Assembly (NCBI GenBank): GCA_964617045.1
Contig: CAZTVZ010000001.1
Location: 24,521 to 88,520, forward strand
DNA: 64,000 bases
Reading direction: 5' to 3'
DNA from: an uncultured Gammaproteobacteria bacterium
Lineage (GTDB): Bacteria; Patescibacteriota; Microgenomatia; UBA8517
The notes under the pieces were generated by a model, which was given only the letters and a program-made list of their open reading frames with translations, had not been told where the DNA came from and searched no databases. Made by a program: the position numbers and the translations under genes. Positions within the stretch are counted from its first letter, which is position 1. The number at the start of each line of letters is the position of its first letter. Of the stretch, positions 46,492 through 56,419 are shown in pieces.

Positions 46492-47646
46492 ATGAATAAT
46501 ATTGACGAAATACTAACAAGAGGGGTGGAAATGATTATGCCTTCGAAAGACGGCCTTAAATCATTAATGGAGAAGGGGAAAATTAAACTTTACCAAGGCT
46601 TCGATCCTTCAATGCCCAGCTTACATTTGGGTAATTTTGTTGGGTTAATGAAATTAAGACAATTTCAAAAATTAGGTCACGAAGTTATATTCCTCGTCGG
46701 TGATTTTACCGGAATGATCGGAGATCCTACAGACAAAGCTTCCGCAAGAAAACAGTTAACCAGAGAGGATGTTTTGAAAAACTGTGAATCATGGAAAGCA
46801 CAAGCCGGTAAAATATTGGATTTTCAAGGTGATAATCCTGCAAAAATACTATTCAACTCCGAATGGTCGGACAAGGTAAGCTTCAAAGATTTAATTGAAA
46901 TTACTTCAAACTTTACTGTTCAACAAATGATTGAGAGAGATATGTTCCAGGAGAGAATAAAAAATAAAAAACCTATCTATCTACATGAATTTTTATATCC
47001 TGTTGCTCAAGGATATGATTCGGTTGTAATGGATGTAGATCTTGAAGTGGGGGGGTCGGATCAAATGTTCAATATGATGGCGGGAAGGGATTTGATGAAA
47101 TCAATGAAAGGAAAAGAGAAATTTGTTTTAGGCACCAAGCTTCTTGTCGATAAAGATGGAAACAAAGTTGGAAAAACAACCGGAAATGCTCTCTTTCTTG
47201 ATTCTACTCCCGAAAAGTTTTTTGCAGGAATTATGTCTTTTCCTGACGAAGTGCTACTTATTTCTTACGAGCTCTTGACCGAGCTCCCCATGGAAGGAAT
47301 AAAGGAAAAAATTAGTAATGATCCAATGAAAGCAAAGAAAGATCTTGCTTTTGAAATTGTAAAGTTTCTCTGGGGCGAAGAAGCTGCAGTAAAGGGACAG
47401 AATTATTTTCAAAAAACCTTCCAGGACAAAATGCCTTCTTTTGATATAAGAGTCACATCCGGAGGATCAATCGCTTCGACAATAGCACCATTTACTTCAA
47501 ATTCAAGCATGAGCGAAGCAAAAAGATTGATTGCTCAAGGAGCAGTAGATATAAATGGTTTAACGGTAAATGATCATTCAACCATAATTAATAAGGGCGA
47601 TGAGATTAAGGTTGGAAAAACAACTTTTCTGAAAGCAACAAAATGA
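46492..47646 (+). CDS. tyrS: Tyrosyl-tRNA synthetase
   Basis: HIGH-type SLHLGNFVGL. KFGKS-type KVGKT loop. C-terminal S4-like domain. Confidence 0.9.
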   Translation: MNNIDEILTRGVEMIMPSKDGLKSLMEKGKIKLYQGFDPSMPSLHLGNFVGLMKLRQFQKLGHEVIFLVGDFTGMIGDPTDKASARKQLTREDVLKNCESWKAQAGKILDFQGDNPAKILFNSEWSDKVSFKDLIEITSNFTVQQMIERDMFQERIKNKKPIYLHEFLYPVAQGYDSVVMDVDLEVGGSDQMFNMMAGRDLMKSMKGKEKFVLGTKLLVDKDGNKVGKTTGNALFLDSTPEKFFAGIMSFPDEVLLISYELLTELPMEGIKEKISNDPMKAKKDLAFEIVKFLWGEEAAVKGQNYFQKTFQDKMPSFDIRVTSGGSIASTIAPFTSNSSMSEAKRLIAQGAVDINGLTVNDHSTIINKGDEIKVGKTTFLKATK

Positions 47647-47744
47647 TACTTACAAGAAAGCAAAAGAAATTTGTCACTATCGTAATTATGATTGCAGGAA
47701 TTGCTCTTGTTTTAAGTTCTTTCCTTCCCTTCCTTATATACTAA
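47643..47744 (+). CDS. Candidate 33-aa single-TM small protein, translationally coupled to tyrS (not in ORF track)
   Basis: ATG overlaps the tyrS stop (aATGA). MILTRKQKKFVTIVIMIAGIALVLSSFLPFLIY is a basic N-terminus followed by one TM. Confidence 0.25.
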   Translation: MILTRKQKKFVTIVIMIAGIALVLSSFLPFLIY

Positions 47745-47747
47745 ACA

Positions 47748-49775
47748 ATGTTCAAAGATGCTCCAGTGGAAAATTTGCCACAAATCGGACCTTCGTATGC
47801 AACAAAACTTAATCGCTTGGGAATAGAAACGATATCCGATCTGTTTTTTCACATACCGACTCGGTATTTAGACTTCCGAAACACAAGAAAAATTAAAGAC
47901 CTGCGGGCAGGAGACATTGTTGTCGTAAACGCAACCGTAAAATACATCAAAAACCAATACACAAAATCGGGTAAATTTATGCAAATTGCTCAAGTCGAAG
48001 ACGAATCCGGTACATTAACTGTCGTCTGGTTCAATCAACGATTTTTATCAAGAATTTTATATCCCGGAATTACAGTTTCTTTAGCAGGAACCGTAAAATG
48101 GTTTGGTAGGACAATTACATTAACCTCACCGGATTTTGAAATAATCAAAGAAGAAAAAGACATCATTCACACAAAAGGACTTGTTCCAATCTATTCCGAG
48201 ACATCGGGACTAAATTCAAAATGGTTTCGCAACAGAATCCACGAAAATATTAAATTACTTGAGGGCTACAAAGAATATCTTCCTGATAATGTTTTAAAAA
48301 TGTATAAGTTAAGTAAAATCGGTGAATCTTTAGTTAATATTCATAATCCCAAAAGCAATACCGATCTGGGTTATTATTTTAAACGTTTAATATTTGAAGA
48401 ATTGATTTCGTTTCAACTTGCATCTATCACTAACAAACACAATTTTAAAGCTTATAAAACGTACAACCTCAACCACACCAAAAAAGAGCTTGCAACACTA
48501 TATGAAGGCTTACCTTTCAAACTAACAAATTCCCAGAAAGAGGTTGTTGACGAAATACTTGATGACATTTCCAAAGATCAGCCAATGAATAGACTGTTGG
48601 AAGGAGATGTGGGTTCGGGCAAAACTATTGTCGCCCTGATTGCAACATTCGTTGCATTTCTTAACGGATATCAAACCGTAATCATGGCTCCAACTCAAAT
48701 TCTCGCCGAGCAACACTTTAAAACGATAGGAAAAATATTTTCAAAATTTAAAATTAGGCTTCGTTTCGTGACCGGGAAAATCGACAAATCTGATATCGGG
48801 AAAACAGATGTCTTTATCGGAACCCATGCATTAATCAATAAAAAGGAATTGTTTAACAATGTTGCTTTGGTCGTTATTGACGAACAGCATAAGTTCGGAG
48901 TAAACCAAAGGCAACGATTGCTTAGAAACGTTGCTCGGAATAAACACATACCACATCTTTTAACCATGACTGCGACACCTATTCCAAGAACAATTGCACT
49001 AACAGCCTATGGTGACATGGACCTGAGTGTCATCAACGAACTTCCTAAAGGAAGACAAGAAATCAAAACCTGGATTATAGAAAAAGGTAAACGTGATAAG
49101 GCATACGAGTGGGTTGAAAATGAAATCAAAAATAAAAGTGTTCAAGCATATGTTGTGTGTCCGTTAATTGAAGAATCCGAAATTGAAACACTTAAAAGTA
49201 TTAAGTCAGTTAAGGCGGAATACGAAAGACTAAAAAGCATAATGAAACCGCTTAAGCTTGGTCTTTTGCATGGAAAAATGAAATCTGATGAAAAAGAACA
49301 AATAATTGATCAGTTTTCTAAAGGGAAAATTGATATTTTGGTTTCAACTCCGGTTGTGGAAGTAGGAATAGATGTTCCCAATGCCTGCATTATGGTCGTC
49401 GAGGGATCGGAAAGATTCGGACTATCGAGTCTTCATCAATTAAGAGGAAGAGTGGGGCGAGGGGTTAAACAGTCCTACTGTCTATTAATGACGGATAGCC
49501 CCTCCAAAAATCCTTTGGCGAGGTTGCAGGCCATGGAAAAGAACCATTCTGGATTCGAACTGGCAGAGATAGACTTGAAGCTCAGAGGCCCGGGTGAAAT
49601 ATTCGGAGTAAAACAGCACGGAATACCTGAGCTAAAAATCGCGACATGGCAGGATTTCGATAATATCAAATATTCGAAACGCCTTTCCGAAGAGATTTTC
49701 CAAAACAAAGAACTTCTGGCCAAAGTTTACCGCTCAAACCATTTCATCCTTGCGGGTATGCCTAAATTGGTTTAA
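47748..49775 (+). CDS. recG: ATP-dependent DNA helicase RecG
   Basis: Wedge/OB N-domain. Helicase motifs (GDVGSGKT, DEQHKFG, TATPIPRT). C-terminal TRG motif region (QLRGRVGRG). Confidence 0.9.
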   Translation: MFKDAPVENLPQIGPSYATKLNRLGIETISDLFFHIPTRYLDFRNTRKIKDLRAGDIVVVNATVKYIKNQYTKSGKFMQIAQVEDESGTLTVVWFNQRFLSRILYPGITVSLAGTVKWFGRTITLTSPDFEIIKEEKDIIHTKGLVPIYSETSGLNSKWFRNRIHENIKLLEGYKEYLPDNVLKMYKLSKIGESLVNIHNPKSNTDLGYYFKRLIFEELISFQLASITNKHNFKAYKTYNLNHTKKELATLYEGLPFKLTNSQKEVVDEILDDISKDQPMNRLLEGDVGSGKTIVALIATFVAFLNGYQTVIMAPTQILAEQHFKTIGKIFSKFKIRLRFVTGKIDKSDIGKTDVFIGTHALINKKELFNNVALVVIDEQHKFGVNQRQRLLRNVARNKHIPHLLTMTATPIPRTIALTAYGDMDLSVINELPKGRQEIKTWIIEKGKRDKAYEWVENEIKNKSVQAYVVCPLIEESEIETLKSIKSVKAEYERLKSIMKPLKLGLLHGKMKSDEKEQIIDQFSKGKIDILVSTPVVEVGIDVPNACIMVVEGSERFGLSSLHQLRGRVGRGVKQSYCLLMTDSPSKNPLARLQAMEKNHSGFELAEIDLKLRGPGEIFGVKQHGIPELKIATWQDFDNIKYSKRLSEEIFQNKELLAKVYRSNHFILAGMPKLV

Positions 49776-49788
49776 AATTAGCGCTGTT

Positions 49789-49956
49789 ATGACACCATTA
49801 CCGAAGAAAAAACATACAAGATCAAGATCCAACCAAAGAAGAAGCGCCGTAACCAGAATTTCCCTGGGAACATTGGCTAAGTGTGCTTCGTGTGGAAAAC
49901 TAAAAGAACCACACAAGACTTGCAAGCACTGTGGCGCACACCACCTCAAAAAATAA
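49789..49956 (+). CDS. rpmF: 50S ribosomal protein L32
   Basis: MTPLPKKKHTRSRSNQRRS... with C-x2-C...C-x2-C zinc ribbon. Confidence 0.8.
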   Translation: MTPLPKKKHTRSRSNQRRSAVTRISLGTLAKCASCGKLKEPHKTCKHCGAHHLKK

Positions 49957-49958
49957 TA

Positions 49959-50396
49959 ATGAAGACTGCTCATGACCCCCGCCATATAAAAAGAAGAGAA
50001 ATCGTAAAGACATTATTTGCTGAATCTTTCACCCACCAGGATCAAGTTCCTGCAACGGACCTTGAAGACGATGGTCTGGGAGAAATCGAATTTAACGAAC
50101 TCGACAAATCCGAAATATTGGAGGAAGTAGCGGATATTGTCAAAATACAAGCAAAAATAGACGATTACATAAAAGAATCCGCGACCGAATGGCCGATAGA
50201 CAAACTGAATAAAATTGACCTATCCATTCTCAGACTGGCAATATATGAACTTCTGAATAAGGGAGAATCAACACCTCCCAAAGTTGTAATAGACGAAGCA
50301 GTTGAGCTATCCAAGGAGTTTGGAAGTGAAACCACATCCTCTTTTGTAAATGGTGTATTGGGAAGTGTCCTTAAAAAAATTGACGATGGAAAATAA
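49959..50396 (+). CDS. nusB: Transcription antitermination factor NusB
   Basis: RREIVKTLF..., ILRLAIYELLN, VVIDEAVELSKEFG...FVNGVLGSVLKK. Confidence 0.8.
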   Translation: MKTAHDPRHIKRREIVKTLFAESFTHQDQVPATDLEDDGLGEIEFNELDKSEILEEVADIVKIQAKIDDYIKESATEWPIDKLNKIDLSILRLAIYELLNKGESTPPKVVIDEAVELSKEFGSETTSSFVNGVLGSVLKKIDDGK

Positions 50397-50619
50397 TATT
50401 GAACAATTAATAATAAGTACAATTTCAGAAATTTCAGGAGCAGATATATCGGATATTAAATCGGAAGATTTTTTGATTGATGATCTTCATCTTGGACCCA
50501 CCGAAATGACCGATTTACTGGAAAAATTATCGGAAAAAGGATGCGACACGTCCAAATTAGAAAATATTCAGGAAATGACGGTTTCTGATTTGACAGAAGA
50601 ATTGACTTTAAGTTCATAA
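50386..50619 (+). CDS. Acyl-carrier-protein-like small acidic protein lacking the phosphopantetheine-attachment Ser
   Basis: Four-helix ACP-like pattern. The DSL position reads LGPTE (DDLHLGPTEMTDLLEKL). Sits immediately upstream of rnc, as acpP/acpA does in many bacteria. Confidence 0.45.
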   Translation: MENNIEQLIISTISEISGADISDIKSEDFLIDDLHLGPTEMTDLLEKLSEKGCDTSKLENIQEMTVSDLTEELTLSS

Positions 50620-50621
50620 GT

Positions 50622-51296
50622 ATGGACAACATCGACAAACTAGTAACTTTTTTTAAAAACCAAGAACTATTGGATCAGGCTTTGACCCATAAATCTTGGG
50701 TTAACGAGAACCTGGGGGTTAGGGGATCTAATGAAAGATTGGAGTTTCTTGGGGATGCTGTTCTTGAATTTGTAATTTCCGCCGAAATATTCAGGAAGTT
50801 CCCGGACAAAGAAGAAGGTTTTTTAACAGCCTTGCGATCTAGCTTGGTTAATACGGAAAATCTTGCTTCGGTTGCCATTAAACTTAATGTCGGTGAAAAG
50901 ATTTATCTATCCAAAGGCGAAGAAGAAAGTGGGGGAAGAACCAATAGTTCACTTCTTGCAGATACTGTTGAGGCGATTATAGGGGCTCTTTATATGGATC
51001 AAGGGCTCGAATATGCTACAAAATTTATCATGGACAATATCGCAGCAGAAATACCCGAAAAAATTGAACAACCTTTAAAGGATCCGAAAAGCAGACTTCA
51101 GGAATATGTCCAAAGTATGAGTTTCCCAACACCCAATTATCGCGTGGTTGAAGAAACAGGCCCCGATCACAGTAAACATTTTGAAATAGAGGTATTTGTG
51201 AATGGAGATTCATGGGGTAAGGGTGAAGGGAAAAGCAAAAGCCTGGCTGAACAGGCAGCAGCCAAAAACGCTTTGGACAACCACCTTGAGAAATAG
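50622..51296 (+). CDS. rnc: Ribonuclease III
   Basis: RNase III signature ERLEFLGDAVLEFVIS. C-terminal dsRBD. Confidence 0.9.
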   Translation: MDNIDKLVTFFKNQELLDQALTHKSWVNENLGVRGSNERLEFLGDAVLEFVISAEIFRKFPDKEEGFLTALRSSLVNTENLASVAIKLNVGEKIYLSKGEEESGGRTNSSLLADTVEAIIGALYMDQGLEYATKFIMDNIAAEIPEKIEQPLKDPKSRLQEYVQSMSFPTPNYRVVEETGPDHSKHFEIEVFVNGDSWGKGEGKSKSLAEQAAAKNALDNHLEK

Positions 51297-51325
51297 CCTC
51301 AATTAAGATATAATTCTTCACTGAC

Positions 51326-51547
51326 ATGGTAAAAATACGATTAGCCAGACTAGGAACCAAGAAAAAGCCGTTCTACCGAATTGTCGCCATAGACGAGAGA
51401 CAAAAGGGAACTGGTGAGGCATTGGATATTGTAGGATATTGGCATCCAGCACAAAAAAAGACTGAAATAGACACGGCAAAAGTTGAAGAGTGGGTCAAAA
51501 AAGGTGCAATTATTACTCCCGCGGTCAAAAAACTCATCGAAAAATGA
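51326..51547 (+). CDS. rpsP: 30S ribosomal protein S16
   Basis: MVKIRLARLGTKKKPFYRIVAIDERQKG... Confidence 0.95.
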   Translation: MVKIRLARLGTKKKPFYRIVAIDERQKGTGEALDIVGYWHPAQKKTEIDTAKVEEWVKKGAIITPAVKKLIEK

Positions 51548-51777
51548 CAGATTTAATCAAGTACATCATTAAAAACATCACTGGATCGGATGATTTCGAG
51601 GTTGTTGAAAACGAAATTGGTGAAGGAAGATTGGAATATGTAGTCAAAGTACCCAAAGAATTAATGGGTATAGTAATCGGGAAGGGTGGCAGCATAGTCA
51701 AATCAATAAGAAATCTTGTTAAAGTTAAGGCTACAATAGAAAAGAAATCCGTAAATATCTTCGTTGAAGAACGTTAA
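51544..51777 (+). CDS. khpA: KH-domain RNA-binding protein (KhpA/YlqC-like)
   Basis: VIGKGGSIVKSIRNL matches the KH GxxG loop. ATGA overlap with rpsP. Confidence 0.8.
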   Translation: MTDLIKYIIKNITGSDDFEVVENEIGEGRLEYVVKVPKELMGIVIGKGGSIVKSIRNLVKVKATIEKKSVNIFVEER

Positions 51778-52454
51778 TTAAAAGGATCCTGTCTTATTCC
51801 TGGCTGTTGAGGTGTCAAATTCACTTGAATTGGTGTTCTTAACAGCAATATTTTTGCCAGAGAATCTTTTTCTGCAGCCGTTAAATCTTTCAGAGGGTCG
51901 TTTATCGGTGGTAGCTTGGTGGGATAAGGACCGAAATATGTTCTGACAACGACATCCGCTCTCGTTAAACCGGTTGACTGCGAAAACTTTGCTTTTTCAA
52001 TATTCGAGACAGGGGATACGTTTTCAAAGGATTTCAAATAATCTAGAAGTGTAAGCATGGGACCATCTACGGTAAAAGTAATGTCGACACTGTTTACTGA
52101 ACCCTGTAAAGCTTCCGTTCCGCCTTTTAAATCGGTAATTGTCAAGCCTTTTTCCAATGCCAACATTTTTATTTGCGATATCATGGAAAAACCGGAGTAT
52201 CTTTCCGGCATTGCGAATGTAATTGCATTGGCATATTTATCCATTTCTCCCGAAAGATCGGATAGTATTCGTTCTTTTTCCTTCAAGACATTTTCAATTT
52301 TTTGATTTCTTTCAAGCTCGTCTTTTTGTTCGGTTATTTTTCCGAATCCAACCTTAACTGCAACCGTAAACACGACGGTAATAAGAAGAATCATACCAAT
52401 AGGCATTAAAAGAGCTTTTATGTTTGGTGAACTGATATTTAAATTTGTTTTCAT
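51774..52454 (-). CDS. pilO: Type IV pilus assembly protein PilO-like (bitopic)
   Basis: One TM, coiled coil, periplasmic-type domain. Downstream of pilM-pilN. Confidence 0.55.
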   Translation of the reverse strand: MKTNLNISSPNIKALLMPIGMILLITVVFTVAVKVGFGKITEQKDELERNQKIENVLKEKERILSDLSGEMDKYANAITFAMPERYSGFSMISQIKMLALEKGLTITDLKGGTEALQGSVNSVDITFTVDGPMLTLLDYLKSFENVSPVSNIEKAKFSQSTGLTRADVVVRTYFGPYPTKLPPINDPLKDLTAAEKDSLAKILLLRTPIQVNLTPQQPGIRQDPFN

Positions 52455-52993
52455 TTCTTTGTTACAGTCCCGTTGGAAAATTTGACACTAACAATGTATC
52501 CGACACTAGAATTAAAACTAAAACTCAACAAATCGATTCTTTTATATTCCGTAATAGTTGCCACAGTAGACATAAGTTTTACCAAACTTAATGAATTATT
52601 GGCAAGATAGGTCATCTCAATCGACTCTTTTCCCAGAATGGATTCCGTAACTACAATGTCCGGAGGAATAATTGTTGTAATATCGTATAGGGACGCAATT
52701 TCTTTCTCCACGTTTTGTTTCTTTTCAATTTCTGCAATTTTTGCCAATCTGTCTTTAACCAATATCAAGCTTTGTTCTGTTTGCTCCAATGCTTTGATAT
52801 TGCCTTTTAAGGCCTCCTGGGCTTCCTGAGATTTTTTCAAGGCGATTGAATTGAAGGAAAAATAAGCAACCAATCCTATTAGGGATACAACAAGAATCAT
52901 TGCCAACCCTGTTGCTGCCGATCGCAAATATCCAGATATTTTCTGTATACGAGGATCGGGAGTTAGGTCTTTGGGGAGTAGGTTAATACCCAT
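52451..52993 (-). CDS. pilN: Type IV pilus assembly protein PilN
   Basis: N-terminal INLLP motif, one TM, coiled coil. Confidence 0.7.
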   Translation of the reverse strand: MGINLLPKDLTPDPRIQKISGYLRSAATGLAMILVVSLIGLVAYFSFNSIALKKSQEAQEALKGNIKALEQTEQSLILVKDRLAKIAEIEKKQNVEKEIASLYDITTIIPPDIVVTESILGKESIEMTYLANNSLSLVKLMSTVATITEYKRIDLLSFSFNSSVGYIVSVKFSNGTVTKK

Positions 52994-52999
52994 TGCAGT

Positions 53000-54016
53000 T
53001 TATGCTCCTCTCAAAGCCAATCCAACGGCAATAGAATATAATGGCGCATACGGAGCGATTGTTTTTAGAGCCTGTTGATCAACACTTATTCTGGAGAATG
53101 GATTTCCGATTATTACTTCAATCCCTATTGCTTTGGAAATTAGAGGAAGTGCTTGAGGCATTCCGGAAGTGCCGCCGGATAAGATGATAGTTTTGGGCAT
53201 ATCACCTTTTTCTTCGGACTGATAAAAATGAATGGCTTTTTTGATTTCGTCTATAACAATATTAAATACCGGATCCAGTGCGCCCTTTATCTTTCCTTCC
53301 AATTGAGCCCCTTCCAATCCGTAAGTCCTTTTGTATTCTTCAGCTTGCTGCAATTCTATCCCGAGTGTTTGAGCAACAGCTCTCGTAAATGCCTCACCTG
53401 CAGTAGGGATACTTCTCGAGAAAGACAATTGCCCATTTTTGGCAATGGCGATATCGGTTGACTTGGCACCAAAATCGGCAATTAAAACCGTTTGATTAAT
53501 AGGTGCAAGACCTCTTGTCAAAGACATTAATTCCGTTTCAACACCGACAACATTAAGTCCTGCCAGCTGAACAGCTTTAACATATGTTTCAACTAATTTT
53601 CTGGGTGCGGCAACGAGTAGAACCAAGACTTCCGGAGGAGTAATGTTTTGCCTTCGTTCAATTATCTGATGTTGAACGATAGCTTCGTTGATTGGAATTG
53701 GAACATATTGTTCCGCTTCCCATTTTACTGCACTTGCAATTTCTTGGTCTGTTAAGGGAGGGAATTTAATGGTTCTGGTAAAAACCAGCGGTTCAGGTAG
53801 GGAAATAGAGACATCCTTGGAAGATATTCTTGCTTCGGTGTGAAGTTTTTTAATTACTTGCGCTATAGAAGCAAGATCTCTTTCGTCTTTTGCTTGATCA
53901 GGGGGAACTCCTTGATAACCAATAACACCCGAGCCGTTTAATTTCCAAACATTACCGGCAGGGACTAATTCGACAATTTTTATTGTCTTTGATCCGATAT
54001 CTATGCCAACACTCAC
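53000..54016 (-). CDS. pilM: Type IV pilus assembly ATPase-fold protein PilM (actin-like)
   Basis: VGIDIGSKTIKIVEL start, FtsA/actin-like fold motifs, 338 aa. Confidence 0.85.
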   Translation of the reverse strand: MSVGIDIGSKTIKIVELVPAGNVWKLNGSGVIGYQGVPPDQAKDERDLASIAQVIKKLHTEARISSKDVSISLPEPLVFTRTIKFPPLTDQEIASAVKWEAEQYVPIPINEAIVQHQIIERRQNITPPEVLVLLVAAPRKLVETYVKAVQLAGLNVVGVETELMSLTRGLAPINQTVLIADFGAKSTDIAIAKNGQLSFSRSIPTAGEAFTRAVAQTLGIELQQAEEYKRTYGLEGAQLEGKIKGALDPVFNIVIDEIKKAIHFYQSEEKGDMPKTIILSGGTSGMPQALPLISKAIGIEVIIGNPFSRISVDQQALKTIAPYAPLYSIAVGLALRGA

Positions 54017-54930
54017 TTTGTTATACCTCCAAGAGAAAAGATGGCCGAATCAAATACCGAGGGCAATTCACCATAACCTTGAAAAACATCAATCTTCCTG
54101 TTGGATGCACCCGAGATTCCTGTTGATGTAATTTTTACTCCTTGAGAGGGTAGAGTTCCGTTTCCTGAATAGTTTGTAGAAATTCCTGCTGTATGGGTTT
54201 CTGTGGTGTTATAAAGCATTTTAATTTTTAAAAACTGTAATCCGTTCTGGGTGGAATATACTCCGGATCCAATATTCATAGTAGATAAATCAAATGTTTT
54301 TTGGAACGCATAACGTTCACCTGTTGATAAATCACATGTGCCTGAATCGGGAGCGGAAAACCCATTCGAAGCCCTTCTCGTTTCGTTTGGGTCAATTGCG
54401 GCTCTGGCAATTCTTGCAGTACCGATACTACCGGGTGTATTTAAATAATAGACAGATGCTTCAATAGCAGGAGTAGTATCTGTATTACCCGCAGTTCCTT
54501 CTTTCCCCCAGCAAATTTTAATTTGATTCCCGGTGAAACAAGGTCTTTCCGCACTGCAAATCAAGTCGCCGTCATCATCGTGGGCAACAAACCAAAAAGT
54601 AATTGATTCTCCCGAAAAAATTCCAATCGGATTCCCAAATTCGTAATCGTTGGTGTTTGCAACTGCAATTGATGTTGAAAAAGATGCGTTATCGGAATAT
54701 TCGGAATTGGCAATAATGCTTCCAATATTTCCAGAAATTAATGCTTCTTCAACTCCTGCTTCGGCAGCGGAAAAGGCACGTAATGCTTCTTCTTCTTTTG
54801 TTGAAACACTTACATCGGTAATTGATCTGGATAAAATGGAAAGCACAACCGTCAAAACAACTGCCATAGAAAGAAGAACCAGAAGCAATGCTTGACCACT
54901 CTGTCCAACATTTTTTGGCAGATTTTTCAT
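54013..54930 (-). CDS. PilX-N-domain-like minor pilus component
   Basis: N-terminus GQSGQALLLVLLSMAVVLTVVLS resembles the PilX_N hydrophobic segment. Large variable C-terminal domain. Confidence 0.5.
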   Translation of the reverse strand: MKNLPKNVGQSGQALLLVLLSMAVVLTVVLSILSRSITDVSVSTKEEEALRAFSAAEAGVEEALISGNIGSIIANSEYSDNASFSTSIAVANTNDYEFGNPIGIFSGESITFWFVAHDDDGDLICSAERPCFTGNQIKICWGKEGTAGNTDTTPAIEASVYYLNTPGSIGTARIARAAIDPNETRRASNGFSAPDSGTCDLSTGERYAFQKTFDLSTMNIGSGVYSTQNGLQFLKIKMLYNTTETHTAGISTNYSGNGTLPSQGVKITSTGISGASNRKIDVFQGYGELPSVFDSAIFSLGGITK

Positions 54931-54972
54931 AACAATTCAGTTTAGCAATGTAACCTTATCAGGTCAATTATG

Positions 54973-55485
54973 TTAGTAAGATCTTAATAGTATCTTTGTA
55001 CTCGTTGAGACGACAGCATTATCAATATCCCCCGAATTTGTCTCACTTGCCGTCAGGTCGATAATTACGGATGGGGGAACGACCCCTGCTTCGGGTATGC
55101 AGGTGAACGAACAGGAATTTATTTTTACATCGGTTCCCGTCAATCTTGCCGATCCGGATGCAACATAGCTTTCGTCCGTTCCTGTTCCCACACACGAGAA
55201 AGAAGAAGCAAGGCCTCCATTCGCAATATAATCAATTCTGGTGGGATCAATATTTGGACAAGGCGATACCTTGTCTGCATTTCTTATATTCCTTTCCATA
55301 ATCGCAATTGCGTAATCCAAATTCTCCCTTACTTTAACAACATCATCGCTTTTGTTTGATCCTCTTAAGGTAAGAATTGTAATTCTGCTAATCAAAACAC
55401 CTAATACGGCAAAAACGGCAACAACAACCAATATTTCGATAAAGGAAATCCCTTTTATTTCTTTCATCTTTGTAAATCTCTCCAA
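54973..55485 (-). CDS. Minor (pseudo)pilin with prepilin-type N-terminus
   Basis: KG|ISFIEILVVVAVFAVLG class III signal. Confidence 0.6.
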   Translation of the reverse strand: MERFTKMKEIKGISFIEILVVVAVFAVLGVLISRITILTLRGSNKSDDVVKVRENLDYAIAIMERNIRNADKVSPCPNIDPTRIDYIANGGLASSFSCVGTGTDESYVASGSARLTGTDVKINSCSFTCIPEAGVVPPSVIIDLTASETNSGDIDNAVVSTSTKILLRSY

Positions 55486-55937
55486 TCGCTGAATCGGGTT
55501 GTCGAACTAACCTGATGTTCTCCCTGGCTATCTACCCAGTACACTTTTACAAAAGCATCAACATATTGCTTTGGAACCCCCGAAACGTCAATTGTACCTG
55601 CTGTAAATACTACCTCACGATAAAAAAAAGTATCCGGAATAAACTCGTTATCCGAGCAATTTGGTTTGGCATTTGAAATGGTCCAATCAAGTTCTGTCAT
55701 ACACCAGCTTGGAGTTGCAGAGGCAACGGCATAAAAATCATTCCAATTAATATCTCTTTCGCTTCTTAACCATTCCATTGTCTGCTGGGCGTATCTTGTT
55801 GCAACAGTATTGTTTCTCGAATATGAGCTGTTTCTAATCGATGTCGAAGCAAGGGCTACAATTGCAACAATAATTAAAGTTGATACTGCCAGGGCAACGA
55901 CAATTTCAAAAAGAGATTGGCCTTTTTCGTTTTTCAA
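55464..55937 (-). CDS. Minor pilin with prepilin-type N-terminus
   Basis: G|QSLFEIVVALAV with E at +5. Confidence 0.6.
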   Translation of the reverse strand: MKNEKGQSLFEIVVALAVSTLIIVAIVALASTSIRNSSYSRNNTVATRYAQQTMEWLRSERDINWNDFYAVASATPSWCMTELDWTISNAKPNCSDNEFIPDTFFYREVVFTAGTIDVSGVPKQYVDAFVKVYWVDSQGEHQVSSTTRFSDWRDLQR

Positions 55938-56419
55938 TTAATTTCTCCTCCTTGAGTAACAGTTACAGAAATTATTTTACCGGTCGATATTTGTGTAACG
56001 GATACAATTTCCGACGGATTGGGAATATTAGTTCCGTGTCCCAGAGGCTTAAATATGATTGGATTAATTCCAGTAGAAATAATTAAATCATTTGAATTTA
56101 ACTCTTTTGTTTTTACTTCAACGCTCCCTCCCGTACACAATGCATTAATCCTGTAGGTATTGGAATTAATAACAAGAAATTCATAACCGTTAAGTAAATT
56201 TGACCCTTGGCAGTTTGGACTATCAGGCTTTTCTCCGGCAAGAGCTTTGCTTTGTGCCAATCTTAGATCACTTTTGATAAATCTAGCGGTCGAAGTAAGA
56301 AGTTGTCTTCTTGAAAATTCTCTAAAACCAACATATCCAACACCGAAAATCAATCCGATTATGGTTAATCCGACAAGTATTTCGATAAGGGTATAACCGT
56401 TGTTGTTTTTTTCATTCAT
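55934..56419 (-). CDS. Minor pilin, GspH/FimT-like
   Basis: NG|YTLIEILVGLTIIGLI, then the GspH-like segment ARFIKSDLRLAQSKA. Confidence 0.6.
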   Translation of the reverse strand: MNEKNNNGYTLIEILVGLTIIGLIFGVGYVGFREFSRRQLLTSTARFIKSDLRLAQSKALAGEKPDSPNCQGSNLLNGYEFLVINSNTYRINALCTGGSVEVKTKELNSNDLIISTGINPIIFKPLGHGTNIPNPSEIVSVTQISTGKIISVTVTQGGEIN

